Shown: positions 17,141 through 26,953 of the stretch, in pieces
How positions within the stretch are numbered: the stretch's first letter is position 1
How the letters are laid out: every line of letters starts with the position of its first letter
Assembly (NCBI GenBank): GCA_964362215.1
Contig: CAYIDJ010000002.1
Coordinates: 911-64,910, forward strand
From: an uncultured Candidatus Saccharibacteria bacterium
GTDB lineage: Bacteria > Patescibacteriota > Minisyncoccia > UBA6257 > XYB1-36-10
DNA length: 64,000 nt
Direction: 5' to 3'
Program-made: the position numbers and the translations under genes
The notes under the pieces: model-generated
What the model saw: only the letters and a program-made list of their open reading frames with translations
Told to the model about the DNA's origin: nothing
Databases searched by the model: none

Positions 17141-18451
17141 ATGGTGAAAAATCTGGCGGAGTTGGCAAAAAGTCCGGCGCGGGAGAAGGCGCTGGAAATT
17201 CTTAACGCGGGATATGAGGCGATAAACATTCGGCGATTGGTTAGCCGCAAGGTGCGTTTAGAGGGTTCGCTATTTAAGGTTGAGGGGAGAGAATTTGATT
17301 TGAAAGAGTACAATCGTGTTTTTTTGGTGGCCTTTGGTAAGGGAGCGGCAGATTTCGCGTTGGCAGTGGCGGGGGTGTTGGGTGACAGATTGGAGCGAGG
17401 AATAGCGCTGGATATAATCAAGCCAGAGGCGGAATTACTGGAGGTTATTCCGGAAAGAATTGAGTTTTTAACGGGGACGCATCCGTTGCCGTCAGCGGCC
17501 AATATCGCGGCGACAAAAAAAATAGCAGGGCTGGCTGACCGACTGGGAAAGAGAGATTTGCTTTTGGTACTGGTTACCGGCGGCGGGTCGTCACTACTAA
17601 CAGCGTCGGAGCGAGAGTTTACGGACGCGCTGGTAGCGATAACAACATTGACTAAGGCGGGCGCACCGATTAATGAGCTCAACACGGTGCGCAAGCACTT
17701 GGGGGAGTTAAAAGGAGGAGGGTTGGCGCGGTTGGCGTATCCGGCGACGGTGGTCTCTTTAATCGCCTGTGATGTGTGTTATCGAGCGGATATTGATTTA
17801 TCCCTGGTGGCGTCAGGCCCGACGGTTGAAGATAAAAGCACAAAGCGTGAGGCGGAGGAGATACTGACGCGGTACGGGCTTAATCCATACTTATTTAATT
17901 TGCGGGAGACGCCGAAGGAGGAGATGTATTTTGAACGGGTGGAAAACATATTGGTGGCGTGTAATCAAGACGCGTTGGCGGCGATGGAGGAGAAGGCGGC
18001 TGAATTAGGACTATCGGCGAAAATTTTTTCCACGGCGGTGGCGGGGGAGGCACGGAATGTTTTTCACGCGATACTGGACAAGATAGAGCCGGGGGAAGTA
18101 GCGCTGGCCGGAGGGGAGACGACGGTTAAGATAAGAGGGAGGGGGCGTGGAGGAAGAAATCAGGAAGCGGTTTTAGGCGGGTTGAGATATGTTTATGGGC
18201 ACAAGGATTGGCCGGGGGGGACGTGGGCGATAATAAGCGCGGCTTCCGACGGAAGGGATAATACACCGGCGGCGGGGGCGATGGGGGACAATTTTACGTT
18301 TGAGGCGGCGCGGAAGCAGGGGTTGGATATGGTCAAGTTTTTGGACGATAACGATTCATTTAACTTCTTGGCGGCAACGGGAGACTTAATTTATGCGGAC
18401 CGGAAGAGTTTTAACGTGGCGGATTTGATGTTGGCGGTGAGGGAGAAATGA
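17141..18451 (+). CDS. glycerate 2-kinase (MOFRL family, GckA/TtuD-like)
   Basis: About 430 aa. N-terminal domain with LLVLVTGGGSSLL. C-terminal MOFRL-like segment (GGETTVKIRGRGRGGRNQE). Confidence 0.65.
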   Translation: MVKNLAELAKSPAREKALEILNAGYEAINIRRLVSRKVRLEGSLFKVEGREFDLKEYNRVFLVAFGKGAADFALAVAGVLGDRLERGIALDIIKPEAELLEVIPERIEFLTGTHPLPSAANIAATKKIAGLADRLGKRDLLLVLVTGGGSSLLTASEREFTDALVAITTLTKAGAPINELNTVRKHLGELKGGGLARLAYPATVVSLIACDVCYRADIDLSLVASGPTVEDKSTKREAEEILTRYGLNPYLFNLRETPKEEMYFERVENILVACNQDALAAMEEKAAELGLSAKIFSTAVAGEARNVFHAILDKIEPGEVALAGGETTVKIRGRGRGGRNQEAVLGGLRYVYGHKDWPGGTWAIISAASDGRDNTPAAGAMGDNFTFEAARKQGLDMVKFLDDNDSFNFLAATGDLIYADRKSFNVADLMLAVREK

Positions 18452-18467
18452 GGTACAATGGAATTGT

Positions 18468-18848
18468 ATGTTTAATTTTGAAAAACCGACGGGGGGTGGG
18501 GCGGAGGAGGTAAAAAAGAAAACATTAAAGGAAGAAGAAAAGGAGAGAAGCGCTCATATTTTAGATAAGAAGGCGGCGGAGATGTTTAGAAAAGCGGATG
18601 AAGCAGATAATTTGGGCGCAACAATAGCCGGCGTAGAAAATAAGTTAATGAAGGAGACCAACCCGCAAATACGGAAAACATTAGAGATCCAATTAAAACG
18701 GTTAAAGGAAGAGAGAGGAGCTATGGGGAAGAGAGAATTAGAAGAAGAGGCTAAAAAGCTTAGAGAAAAGTTTAGACCAAAGAGACAAGAAGAGCTCAAA
18801 GGAGATTACAGTAGAACAAGATTAGGAGGAAAAAGGAGAGTCGCTTGA
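18468..18848 (+). CDS. Lys/Glu-rich coiled-coil protein, hypothetical
   Basis: ORF with strongly charged low-complexity composition. Confidence 0.4.
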   Translation: MFNFEKPTGGGAEEVKKKTLKEEEKERSAHILDKKAAEMFRKADEADNLGATIAGVENKLMKETNPQIRKTLEIQLKRLKEERGAMGKRELEEEAKKLREKFRPKRQEELKGDYSRTRLGGKRRVA

Positions 18849-21259
18849 TTTTTGTTATGGCAGTTTATACAAAAAGGTTTAAGGAAGTAGGAATAAAGGA
18901 CGTGGCGGAGGCGGGGGGAAAGAACGCTTCGCTGGGGGAGATGATACGGCATTTGAAGCCGCGGGGAGTTAATATCCCCGACGGATTTGTGGTGACGGCG
19001 GGAGCTTACCGATATTTTTTAAAAGAGGCGGGACTGGAGAAAGAAATAAAACAGATATTAAGAGGACTTGATACGAGTAAGGTGGAAACACTTACAGAAA
19101 AAACGCGACAGGTGAGGGAACTTATTAAGAAGGCGGAACTGCCGAACGATTTGAAGCAGGAGATTATTTTGGGATATCGGGCAATGGAGAAGGAGTACGG
19201 GCGGCGGGTGGATGTAGCGGTGCGGTCGTCGGCGACGGCGGAGGATTTGCCGGACGCGAGTTTTGCCGGAGAGCATGAGACATATCTTAATGTGCGGGGG
19301 GCGGAGGAGGTGTTGGAAAAGGTAAAAGCGGCGATGGCGTCGCTTTTCACGGCGCGGGCGGTATCGTACCGCGTGGACAAGAAGTTTGACCACTTTAAGG
19401 TGGCCTTGTCGGTGGGAGTGCAGAAGATGGTGCGGAGCGATAAGGCGGCTTCGGGAGTGATGTTTACGCTGGACACCGAGTCGGGATTTCGCGAGGTGGT
19501 TATGATTGACGGCGTGTGGGGGTTGGGGGAGATGATTGTGCAGGGAGAAGTAACACCGGACGAGTGGATAGTTTTCAAACCGACCATGGGGGAATTCAAG
19601 CCGATTATTGATAAACGTTTAGGCAAGAAGGACAGAAAGATGATTTATAAAGCGGCGGGCGAGGGGACGAGGGTGGTGAGAGTGCCGGCGGAGGAGAGAG
19701 ATAAGTTTGTTTTGACTGACCGCGAGGTGATGAAGATGGCGGAGTGGGGGGTGTTGATTGAGGAGCATTATTCGCGGGCGCGCGGACGGTGGCAGCCGAT
19801 GGATATAGAGTGGGCTAAGGACGGGGAGAGTAATGAACTTTATATAGTGCAGGCGCGGCCGGAGACGGTGCACGCGACGCGGGATATGACAAAAGTGCGG
19901 ACGTATCGGAGGAGCGGGGAGGGGAAGGTAATATGCGCGGGCGCGTCGGTGGGAAGTAAGATCGCAAGCGGGCCGGCGCGATTGATTTTAGACGTGAAGG
20001 ATATCGGCAGTTTTAGGGCGGGAGAGGTGCTGGTGACGGACATGACGGACCCGGATTGGGAGCCAATTATGAAAATCGCGGCGGCGATTGTTACCGATAA
20101 GGGCGGACGGACTAGCCACGCGGCGATAGTGTCGCGGGAACTGGGGATTCCGTGCGTGGTGGGAACGGGAAGAGTGACAAAACTCATAAAAACGGGCGAG
20201 ATGGTGACAGTGGACACAACCGGAAGCGAAGGGGCGGTGCTGAAAGGTAAAGTGCCGTTTACGGTAAGTGAGATTGATATTAAAAAAATACCGAAGCCGC
20301 CGATTAAAATAATGATGAATATCGCGACGCCGGAATCGGCGTTTGAAAAGTCCTTTTTGCCGAATGATGGAGTGGGATTGGCGCGAGAAGAGTTTATCAT
20401 CGCGGGAGATATAGGCATTCATCCGATGGCGCTAATCAACTATAACCGGATGTCGGATAAAGTGAAGCGGGAAATAGACAGGCGGACAGCGGGGTGGCGG
20501 AGCCGGACGGATTTTTATGTGGATAAGCTGGCGTACGGGGTTGCTAAAATTGGGGCGGCTTTTTACCCCAAGCCAGTGATTGTGAGATTTTCGGATTTTA
20601 AGAGTAACGAGTACGCGGCACTTTTAGGAGGAGACGAATTTGAGCCGAAGGAAGAGAATCCGATGCTGGGGTGGCGAGGGGCGTCGCGGTATTATCATCC
20701 ACAGTTCGCGGAAGCGTTTATATTGGAGATAAGGGCGATAAAAAAGGCGCGAGAGGTATTCGGGCTGACTAACATTCAGACGATGATACCGTTTTGCCGG
20801 ACAGTAGAAGAAGGAAAGAAGGTGCTGTCAATTATGGAGAAAAACGGATTGGCTAGACCGCGGGGAAGGCAGGCGGACAAGGAAGGAGACCTTAAAGTTT
20901 ATGTAATGTGCGAGATTCCGAGTAATGTGATTTTAGCGGAGGAGTTTTTGGATGAGTTTGACGGGATGAGTATAGGGAGTAATGACTTAACACAACTGGC
21001 GCTGGGCCTGGACCGCGATGGAGGGGAGTTAATTCGCGGCGTGGCGGATGAGCGGGACGAGGCAGTGAAGGAATTAGTGAGACAGGTGATAAAGATTGCC
21101 AAGAAGCGGGGGAAATACATCGGTATCTGCGGACAGGCGCCGTCGGACTATCCGGAGTTCGCGGAGTTTTTAGTGAAGGCGGGGATAAACAGTATCTCCC
21201 TTAATCCGGACGCGGTAGTGCCGACGATTATGGCGCTGGCGAGGAAGAAAGGAAAATAA
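18845..21259 (+). CDS. ppsA: phosphoenolpyruvate synthase (pyruvate, water dikinase)
   Basis: GGKNASLGEM nucleotide-binding motif. Phosphohistidine segment GGRTSHAAIVSRELGIPCVVG. PEP-utilising C-terminal domain. TTG start 5 nt after AAGGAGAG Shine-Dalgarno sequence. Confidence 0.9.
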   Translation: MIFVMAVYTKRFKEVGIKDVAEAGGKNASLGEMIRHLKPRGVNIPDGFVVTAGAYRYFLKEAGLEKEIKQILRGLDTSKVETLTEKTRQVRELIKKAELPNDLKQEIILGYRAMEKEYGRRVDVAVRSSATAEDLPDASFAGEHETYLNVRGAEEVLEKVKAAMASLFTARAVSYRVDKKFDHFKVALSVGVQKMVRSDKAASGVMFTLDTESGFREVVMIDGVWGLGEMIVQGEVTPDEWIVFKPTMGEFKPIIDKRLGKKDRKMIYKAAGEGTRVVRVPAEERDKFVLTDREVMKMAEWGVLIEEHYSRARGRWQPMDIEWAKDGESNELYIVQARPETVHATRDMTKVRTYRRSGEGKVICAGASVGSKIASGPARLILDVKDIGSFRAGEVLVTDMTDPDWEPIMKIAAAIVTDKGGRTSHAAIVSRELGIPCVVGTGRVTKLIKTGEMVTVDTTGSEGAVLKGKVPFTVSEIDIKKIPKPPIKIMMNIATPESAFEKSFLPNDGVGLAREEFIIAGDIGIHPMALINYNRMSDKVKREIDRRTAGWRSRTDFYVDKLAYGVAKIGAAFYPKPVIVRFSDFKSNEYAALLGGDEFEPKEENPMLGWRGASRYYHPQFAEAFILEIRAIKKAREVFGLTNIQTMIPFCRTVEEGKKVLSIMEKNGLARPRGRQADKEGDLKVYVMCEIPSNVILAEEFLDEFDGMSIGSNDLTQLALGLDRDGGELIRGVADERDEAVKELVRQVIKIAKKRGKYIGICGQAPSDYPEFAEFLVKAGINSISLNPDAVVPTIMALARKKGK

Positions 21260-21269
21260 TTATATTTAT

Positions 21270-21328
21270 TTTCCCCATTACCCATAGCTCCGCTATTCGC
21301 TTAACGTGAACAAATAGGAATTTGTTTA
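21270..21328. repeat. fragment of family D repeat (CCCCATTACC..GCTCCGCTATTCGCTTAA) fused to GAACAAATAGGAATTTGTT palindrome
   Basis: Matches the 5' part of copies at 22590, 25987 and 34826. Confidence 0.55.
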
Positions 21329-21346
21329 TGTGATATACTTAAAAAA

Positions 21347-22573
21347 GTGAAGTTAGATGAGGCGACAGTAGAAATAATTAAGGACTCGCGGGGGAGCGAG
21401 ACAGTTTTGGCGCGGGTGGTGAGCGGAGATAACTGGGGAGAGGCATCGGTGCCATCGGGACGGAGCCGTTCCAGTTATGAAGCGTACGTGTTGGAGCCGC
21501 ACATTGCCCAGAAGCGTTTTTTGAGCGAGGTTAAGGAGAAGATGTTGGGGCGTAATTTTGAGCATCAAGATAAGTTTGATAATTTTTTGAGGCGGCTGGA
21601 CGGAACGGCGGACAAACGGCGACTGGGTGGAAACACGACCTTGGCGCTGTCTTTGGCTTTCGCGAGGACAGCGGCGCGGGAAAGGGGGTTGGAGCTTTAT
21701 GAATATATCAACCGGATATACCGCGGGGGCGGGCAGGCGATTCCACTTTCGTTGCCGCGCCTGATTTTTAATTTAATTAATGGAGGGAAGCATGCGATGG
21801 GGACAGATCTGTCTTTTCAGGAGTTTCAGGTTATTCCGCAACATGAGAGCGTGAGGGAGGGGGTGGCGGCGGGGAGAAATTTATATAAGCGGTTAGGAGA
21901 GGCGTTGAGGAAACAGTTTGGGAAGGATAATGTTGAGTTGGGAGATGAGGCGGGATACGCAGTTAAGTTTGGAAGTAACGAACGGGCGCTGGCCGCGCTG
22001 AAAGAGGCGGTGAGAGAAGATGCCTTTCGGAAAAGAGTGTCATTTGATTTGGGAATTGACGCGGCGGCTAATTCTTTTTATGACAAAGATAAAGGCATAT
22101 ATCGTGTGGGCAGAGAGGAGATGAAGGCGGGAGAGTTGGCGAAATATTACCGGCACTTGGCGCATAAGTACGGGCTGATGCTGATTGAGGATCCTTTTCA
22201 CGAGGAGGCGTTTGCTGATTTTGCGGGGTTGAATAAGACAACCGGATTTTACGTGGTGGCGGATGATTTGACGGCGACTAATTTAGCGAGAACGAAGATA
22301 GCGGTAGGGAACGCGGCGGCGGACGCGATGATTGTAAAGCCGAATCAGGCGGGAACACTAACGGAGACAGTTGAGGCGGCGCGGTACGCGCATCGTTCCG
22401 GCTGGCAGCTGATTGTCAGCCACCGGAGCGGGGAGACAGAGGACGATTTTATCGCGGACTTGGCAGTAGGAATCAACGCTTGGGGGATAAAGGCGGGGGC
22501 GCCGGAGACGGCAGTGAGGATGGCGAAGTATTATCGGTTGGAGAAAATTGAGAAGGAGTTGGAAGGGAAGTGA
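21347..22573 (+). CDS. eno: enolase (divergent)
   Basis: N-terminal IIKDSRGSETV...SVPSGRS and C-terminal SHRSGETEDDFIADLAV signatures. Confidence 0.85.
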   Translation: MKLDEATVEIIKDSRGSETVLARVVSGDNWGEASVPSGRSRSSYEAYVLEPHIAQKRFLSEVKEKMLGRNFEHQDKFDNFLRRLDGTADKRRLGGNTTLALSLAFARTAARERGLELYEYINRIYRGGGQAIPLSLPRLIFNLINGGKHAMGTDLSFQEFQVIPQHESVREGVAAGRNLYKRLGEALRKQFGKDNVELGDEAGYAVKFGSNERALAALKEAVREDAFRKRVSFDLGIDAAANSFYDKDKGIYRVGREEMKAGELAKYYRHLAHKYGLMLIEDPFHEEAFADFAGLNKTTGFYVVADDLTATNLARTKIAVGNAAADAMIVKPNQAGTLTETVEAARYAHRSGWQLIVSHRSGETEDDFIADLAVGINAWGIKAGAPETAVRMAKYYRLEKIEKELEGK

Positions 22574-22585
22574 AAAATATGTTTT

Positions 22586-22878
22586 GTGATATTCTCCCCA
22601 TTACCATCGGCTCCGCTATTCGCTTAAAGCGAGTAATATTCACTCCCCTCTAATTTGGCTTATAAAACGGCTGGTTCCCGTTCCTCCCAAGGGGATTTTC
22701 CGACCAGCCGTTTTATAAAAGCCAAATTCTTCGTTGCGTTCATTTATCGCTAATTAAGCTCATAGAAGTCGCCAATGGTAATAGGGAGAATAATTTACCC
22801 TTTTTATTTGGAGAGGGGGTTGGACTTAAGGTAGCCCGCCAAAATTTTTGCTTGCGCAAAAACTTAGGCGGGCTTTTG
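22586..22878. repeat. composite long palindromic element, family D plus shared 3' module and GCCCGCC hairpin
   Basis: attctccccattaccat...atggtaatagggagaat outer inverted repeat. Inner inverted repeat ttggcttataaaacggctggt/accagccgttttataaaagccaa. 3' end GGGAGAGGGGGTTGGACTTAAGGTAGCCCGCC-hairpin-TTTT. Confidence 0.7.
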
Positions 22879-22880
22879 TT

Positions 22881-22918
22881 TTATCCACTTATAATACATA
22901 TGTATTATAAGTGGATAT
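22881..22918. repeat. perfect palindrome TTATCCACTTATAATACATATGTATTATAAGTGGATAA (DnaA-box-like half-sites)
   Basis: 38-bp palindrome. Half-site TTATCCACT is one mismatch from the DnaA box TTATCCACA. Related sites at 37771, 46274 and 26081. Confidence 0.6.
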
Positions 22919-23120
22919 AATTAAAGAAATAGCCCCGAGGTGGGTCGGGGCTAATGATGTTTATGTGGATTAATAAAAAAAAGGAAAAGAAGGGAAATTA
23001 GAAGGAACAGATAGAAGATAATAAAGGCATCAGAGGTGCGGAGCATATTTTTTTCCTTTCTTGAATGAGAGCTGATTAAATTATACCGAAAACTTGGCAG
23101 AGATGCTATAATTAAAAAAT

Positions 23121-24137
23121 ATGAAAATAGGGGTTTGGCAGATGGAGGGGTGGGAGGCGGAATATTTTACGAAGGCATTAGCGGGGCAGGAGGTGGAAAT
23201 TTTTTCGGGCAAGCTGTCGGCGGAGGAGTTGCCGGAGAAGCGTGATTTTGAGGCGATTTGCGTGTTTGTGGGGTTGCCAGTTTCGGTGGAGGTGATTGAT
23301 GCCTTTCCGAAATTAAAATTGATTACCACCCGTTCTACCGGGTATGACCATATTGATTTGAAAGCGGCGGGGGCGAAGGGAATACAAGTCGGATACGTGC
23401 CAAGTTACGGAGAGAACACGGTAGCGGAGCACACTTTCGGGCTGCTTTTAACTTTATCGCACCATATTTACGAAGGGTATGACCGGTTGCGGGAGAAGGG
23501 GGAGTACAGTTTTGAGGGGTTGGAGGGATTTGATTTGAAAGGGAGGACAATAGGAGTGGTGGGAACAGGACGAATCGGAGTTCACTCCATAAGGATAGCC
23601 AAGGGATTTGAGATGAAGGTAATTGCTTATGACGCGTATCCCAAGGCAGGGTTGGATAAGGAGATAGGGTTTGAATATAAGAAAAGTTTGGAAGAGCTGC
23701 TGGCAGAGGCGGATGTGGTAACACTGCACGTGCCGTATATGTCGGAGACGCATCATCTGATAAACAAAGATAATATCGGGAAGTTTAAGAAGGGGGCGGT
23801 GCTGATAAATACGTCGCGGGGAGCGGTGGTGGAGACGGACGCGCTAGTCCGGGCTCTTAAGGAGGGGCATTTGGGCGGGGCGGGGTTGGACGTGATGGAA
23901 GAGGAGGGGGTGATGGCGGACGAGATGGGATACTTACTTTCGGGAAGCGAGAAGACGGATTTGAAGGTGGTGTTAGAAAACCACGCTTTAATTGATATGC
24001 CAAACGTAATAGTGACGCCGCATTCGGCGTTTAACACACGGGAGGCGAAGGAGAGGATTTTGAAGACAACGGTGGAGAATATATTGAGTTTTGCGGAGAG
24101 CGGAAAAACAAAAAATTCAGTAGAAGATATTAAGTAG
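23121..24137 (+). CDS. D-isomer-specific 2-hydroxyacid dehydrogenase (D-lactate dehydrogenase-like)
   Basis: NAD fold GVVGTGRIGVHSIRIAKGF. Catalytic-domain architecture of the D-2-hydroxyacid dehydrogenase family. Confidence 0.85.
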   Translation: MKIGVWQMEGWEAEYFTKALAGQEVEIFSGKLSAEELPEKRDFEAICVFVGLPVSVEVIDAFPKLKLITTRSTGYDHIDLKAAGAKGIQVGYVPSYGENTVAEHTFGLLLTLSHHIYEGYDRLREKGEYSFEGLEGFDLKGRTIGVVGTGRIGVHSIRIAKGFEMKVIAYDAYPKAGLDKEIGFEYKKSLEELLAEADVVTLHVPYMSETHHLINKDNIGKFKKGAVLINTSRGAVVETDALVRALKEGHLGGAGLDVMEEEGVMADEMGYLLSGSEKTDLKVVLENHALIDMPNVIVTPHSAFNTREAKERILKTTVENILSFAESGKTKNSVEDIK

Positions 24138-24202
24138 TAAGTATTAAATATAAGAAGGAGGGTGTTATGTGGGTGAATTTGGTTTTTGGAGAGATAAAAA
24201 AG

Positions 24203-24240
24203 TATAAAAAACCCGCGATTATACCTAATCGCGGGTTAAC
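24203..24240 (-). terminator. rho-independent terminator for the minus-strand repeat-protein gene (possibly bidirectional)
   Basis: AACCCGCGATT-atacctaa-TCGCGGGTT with T-run on the minus strand. Confidence 0.6.
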
Positions 24241-24247
24241 TTGTAAG

Positions 24248-24778
24248 TCATTGAGCAGCGGAAATTTCTTCTTTTTCAAGAATCGCTGCTATTTTCTTAA
24301 TACAGGCATAGGCCTTGGGAGAGTGGATGCTGGTAAAGCAAAAGATGTTTTTATATTCTTCCACGGTTGAGGCGAATTCCATGGCCTTCTCCAAGGCCTT
24401 TCTTTCCACCTCGCTGCCGCCTGGAGCTTTCCGGCAGATACCCAGACACTCTTTCACGGTTGAGGCGAATTCCATGGCCTTCTCCAAGGCCTTTTTTTTC
24501 ATCTCGCTGCCGCCTGGAGCTTTCTGGCAGATATCCAGACACTCTTCCACGGTTGAGGCGAATTCCATGGCCTTCTCCAAGGCCTTTTTTTCCACCTCGC
24601 TGCCGCCTGGAGCTTTCCGGCAGATACCCAGACACTCTTCCACGGTTGAGGCGGAGAGAAGTTTCTTCATTATGTCGGTTTCCTCCGGTAATGGCACATC
24701 GAGGGCTGAACAAACTTGGTCTCTTTTGTCTTGACCAAGAATCAGGCACAACCTATCAACTAACACTGAATTGTCCAT
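24248..24778 (-). CDS. hypothetical protein with four 31-aa tandem repeats (ALEKAMEFASTVEECLGICRKAPGGSEVEKK)
   Basis: Minus-strand ORF with GAAGGGAG Shine-Dalgarno sequence and TTGACA-17-ATATAT promoter upstream. Plus-strand ORFs through the same repeats are judged frame artefacts. Confidence 0.55.
   Translation of the reverse strand: MDNSVLVDRLCLILGQDKRDQVCSALDVPLPEETDIMKKLLSASTVEECLGICRKAPGGSEVEKKALEKAMEFASTVEECLDICQKAPGGSEMKKKALEKAMEFASTVKECLGICRKAPGGSEVERKALEKAMEFASTVEEYKNIFCFTSIHSPKAYACIKKIAAILEKEEISAAQ
24365..24690. repeat. 93-bp tandem repeat, about 3.5 units (coding)
   Basis: ggttgaggcgaattccatggcc recurs at 24365, 24458, 24551 and 24644. Confidence 0.8.
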
Positions 24779-24835
24779 AACAGAACTCCCTTCACTTTTT
24801 TGGGTTTTAATTAACACACCTTCAGGGTGTGACGC

Positions 24836-24871
24836 TGGGTATAATATATGATATTTATCACTTAATTGTCA
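24836..24871 (-). promoter_or_regulatory. sigma70-like promoter (minus strand TTGACA-17-ATATAT)
   Basis: Reverse complement reads cttgacaattaagtgataaatatcatatattatacc. Confidence 0.5.
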
Positions 24872-24911
24872 AGTTTGAGGGGGAAGGGAAATGGAGTAGA
24901 ATATAGGGACT

Positions 24912-25955
24912 ATGGAAATTGTTTTAATTGTGGCGGTGGTGGCGCTGGTGGGGGTGGTGGGGTGGTTAGGGTGGGAGGTAAGAAAAGGGCAGGCGAGGCC
25001 GGAGGAGAAGAAAGATGACACTTCGCTTATTTTGTTGCAGAAGCAGATGGAGGGAATGACGCACGCGCTGGATGAGCGGATGCGGAACTCGGCGGAGGCG
25101 GTGGAGAGACAATTTAAGAGCAGTTTGGGAATTGTGCGGGAGGTGACGGAGAAGCTGACAAAACTGGACGAGACCAACCGCCAAGTAGTGGGGTTTGCCG
25201 ACCAGTTGAAAAGTTTTGAAAATATTTTGAAAAATCCGAAACAGAGGGGAATTTTGGGCGAGTATTTTCTGGAGGCGGTGCTAAAAAATGTGCTGCCGCC
25301 AAACGCCTATCAGTTGCAGTACAAGTTCGCGGACGGGGAAATTGTGGACGCGGCGATTTTCGTGAAAGACAAGATTATTCCAGTGGACTCAAAATTTTCA
25401 CTGGAAAATTACAATCGGATTGTGGAAGAAGACGAGCCGGGGAGGCGGGAGGAGCTGGAGAAAGTTTTTAAGATGGATTTGAAGAAGCGAATTGATGAGA
25501 CGTCAAAATATATCCGGCCGAAAGAGAACACGACTGATTTTGCCTTTATGTTTATACCGGCGGAGGGGATTTATTATGATTTGTTAGTAAACCAGGTGGG
25601 GGCGATAAAAGCGAATACGCGGGACTTGATTGAGTACGCCTTTAAGGAAAAGCACGTGATTATAATTTCGCCGACGACTTTCCACGCGTATCTGCAGACA
25701 ATTTTGCAGGGGTTGCGGGGAATGGAGATTGAGAAGTCGGCGCAGGAGATAAGGAAGCGGGTGGAGGATTTGGGTCGGCATATTGGGAGCTATGAGGAAT
25801 ATTTTAAGAAGGTGGGGAATAATTTGGCGACGACGGTTAATTCTTACAACAGCGCTTACAAGGAGTTGGGGAAGATTGATAAGGACGTTTTGAAAATAAG
25901 CGGGCAGTCGGCGGGAGTGGAGCCGGAGATGCTGGAGAGGCCGAGGGAGGAGTAG
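24912..25955 (+). CDS. rmuC: DNA recombination protein RmuC
   Basis: N-terminal transmembrane helix plus long coiled coil. C-terminal RmuC-type region (FMFIPAEGIYYDL...IISPTTFHAYLQTILQG). Confidence 0.75.
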   Translation: MEIVLIVAVVALVGVVGWLGWEVRKGQARPEEKKDDTSLILLQKQMEGMTHALDERMRNSAEAVERQFKSSLGIVREVTEKLTKLDETNRQVVGFADQLKSFENILKNPKQRGILGEYFLEAVLKNVLPPNAYQLQYKFADGEIVDAAIFVKDKIIPVDSKFSLENYNRIVEEDEPGRREELEKVFKMDLKKRIDETSKYIRPKENTTDFAFMFIPAEGIYYDLLVNQVGAIKANTRDLIEYAFKEKHVIIISPTTFHAYLQTILQGLRGMEIEKSAQEIRKRVEDLGRHIGSYEEYFKKVGNNLATTVNSYNSAYKELGKIDKDVLKISGQSAGVEPEMLERPREE

Positions 25956-25986
25956 GGCGGGAGGAAAAAATATAAAGTTCAGGCAA

Positions 25987-26100
25987 TATTCTCCCCATTA
26001 CCACTGGCTCCGCTATTCGCTTAAAGCGGATAATATTCGCTCCAATCCAATTTGGCTTATAAAATGACCGGTTCCCGTTGTTTTATAAGTGGATAGAGTA
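25987..26100. repeat. truncated family D repeat ending in TTTTATAAGTGGATA half-palindrome
   Basis: atattctccccattaccactggctccgctattcgcttaaagcggataatattcgctcc matches copies at 22590 and 34826. Confidence 0.65.
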
Positions 26101-26144
26101 TAAAAAGGTGATGTCAGGGTGATAGTTGTTGTATAATAGCGGGG

Positions 26145-26843
26145 ATGGAAGAAATAGAGCGGAAGAGACTGGAGGTGGAGAGGGACAAGAAGTGGCGTGT
26201 ACTTGGCCGGCGGGCGGCGGTTTTTGAGTGGATGCCATTCGTGGAGGTGGCAATGGTCGCGGGAAGCATGGCGATGGGGACGGCGCGGATAGAGTCGGAT
26301 TTTGATTTGATTTTGGGAATGAAGACGAGGAGAATTTTTACGGGGAGATTTTTTTTGACGATGATTTTAGCGGGGATGGGATGGCGGAAGCGGCGAAATA
26401 GCCAGACAACTCATAATCGGTTTTGCCTGAACCATTTTGTGACGGCGGAGTTGTATTGTTTGCGGCCGCCATATAATGTTTACTGGGAGGAATTGTATCG
26501 GCGGCTGGTACCGGTTTATGGAAAGCGGGAGGAAATAAACAAGTTTTTGGCGGCGAATAGGTGGGCTAGAGCGGGGGAGTTTAGAGATGACGGACGGTGG
26601 CGGGGCGGAAAGCGAAGATGGTTAAAAAGAGCCACGGAGAGAGTTATGGGCGGGCGGTTTGGTAATTGGCTGGAGCGGCGATTAGGAATTTGGCAGTTGA
26701 AGCGAATAGCGCAGAGCGCGGCGGAGGATATGGGATACAAACCGCGGATGCATTATGACTGGACAGAGTTGGAATTTCATCCGGATACAAGAAGGATAGA
26801 AGAGTGGCTGAAACAAGAGGGATATATTTATCAAAACAAATAG
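26145..26843 (+). CDS. nucleotidyltransferase-domain protein (Pol beta superfamily minimal NTase), Trp/Arg-rich
   Basis: VAGSMAMGTARIESDFDLILG fits the hG[GS]x9-13DhDh NTase motif. Confidence 0.45.
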   Translation: MEEIERKRLEVERDKKWRVLGRRAAVFEWMPFVEVAMVAGSMAMGTARIESDFDLILGMKTRRIFTGRFFLTMILAGMGWRKRRNSQTTHNRFCLNHFVTAELYCLRPPYNVYWEELYRRLVPVYGKREEINKFLAANRWARAGEFRDDGRWRGGKRRWLKRATERVMGGRFGNWLERRLGIWQLKRIAQSAAEDMGYKPRMHYDWTELEFHPDTRRIEEWLKQEGYIYQNK

Positions 26844-26867
26844 GGACGCGACTTAATTTGACATTTT

Positions 26868-26896
26868 TTGAAATATGTTTATACTGTTCTGGTGTA
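26868..26896 (+). promoter_or_regulatory. sigma70-like promoter for groES-groEL (TTGACA-17-TATACT)
   Basis: tttgacattttttgaaatatgtttatactg. No CIRCE inverted repeat was found. Confidence 0.5.
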
Positions 26897-26953
26897 TAAA
26901 GTTGGGTGTGAAACAGGTCGTTTTTAATTATTAACAAGCATTATTGGATAAAT

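Noticed and set aside
19006-20422. Several minus-strand ORFs within ppsA
   Set aside because: Antisense shadow ORFs of a confidently identified gene.
24315-24780. Plus-strand ORFs 24315..24734 and 24367..24780, and minus 24351..24749
   Set aside because: Frame artefacts of the 93-bp tandem repeat. Only the 24248..24778 minus frame has a Shine-Dalgarno sequence, promoter and terminator.
26845-26953. Looked for a CIRCE/HrcA operator (TTAGCACTC-N9-GAGTGCTAA) upstream of groES
   Set aside because: No such inverted repeat is present. Only a sigma70-like promoter was found.
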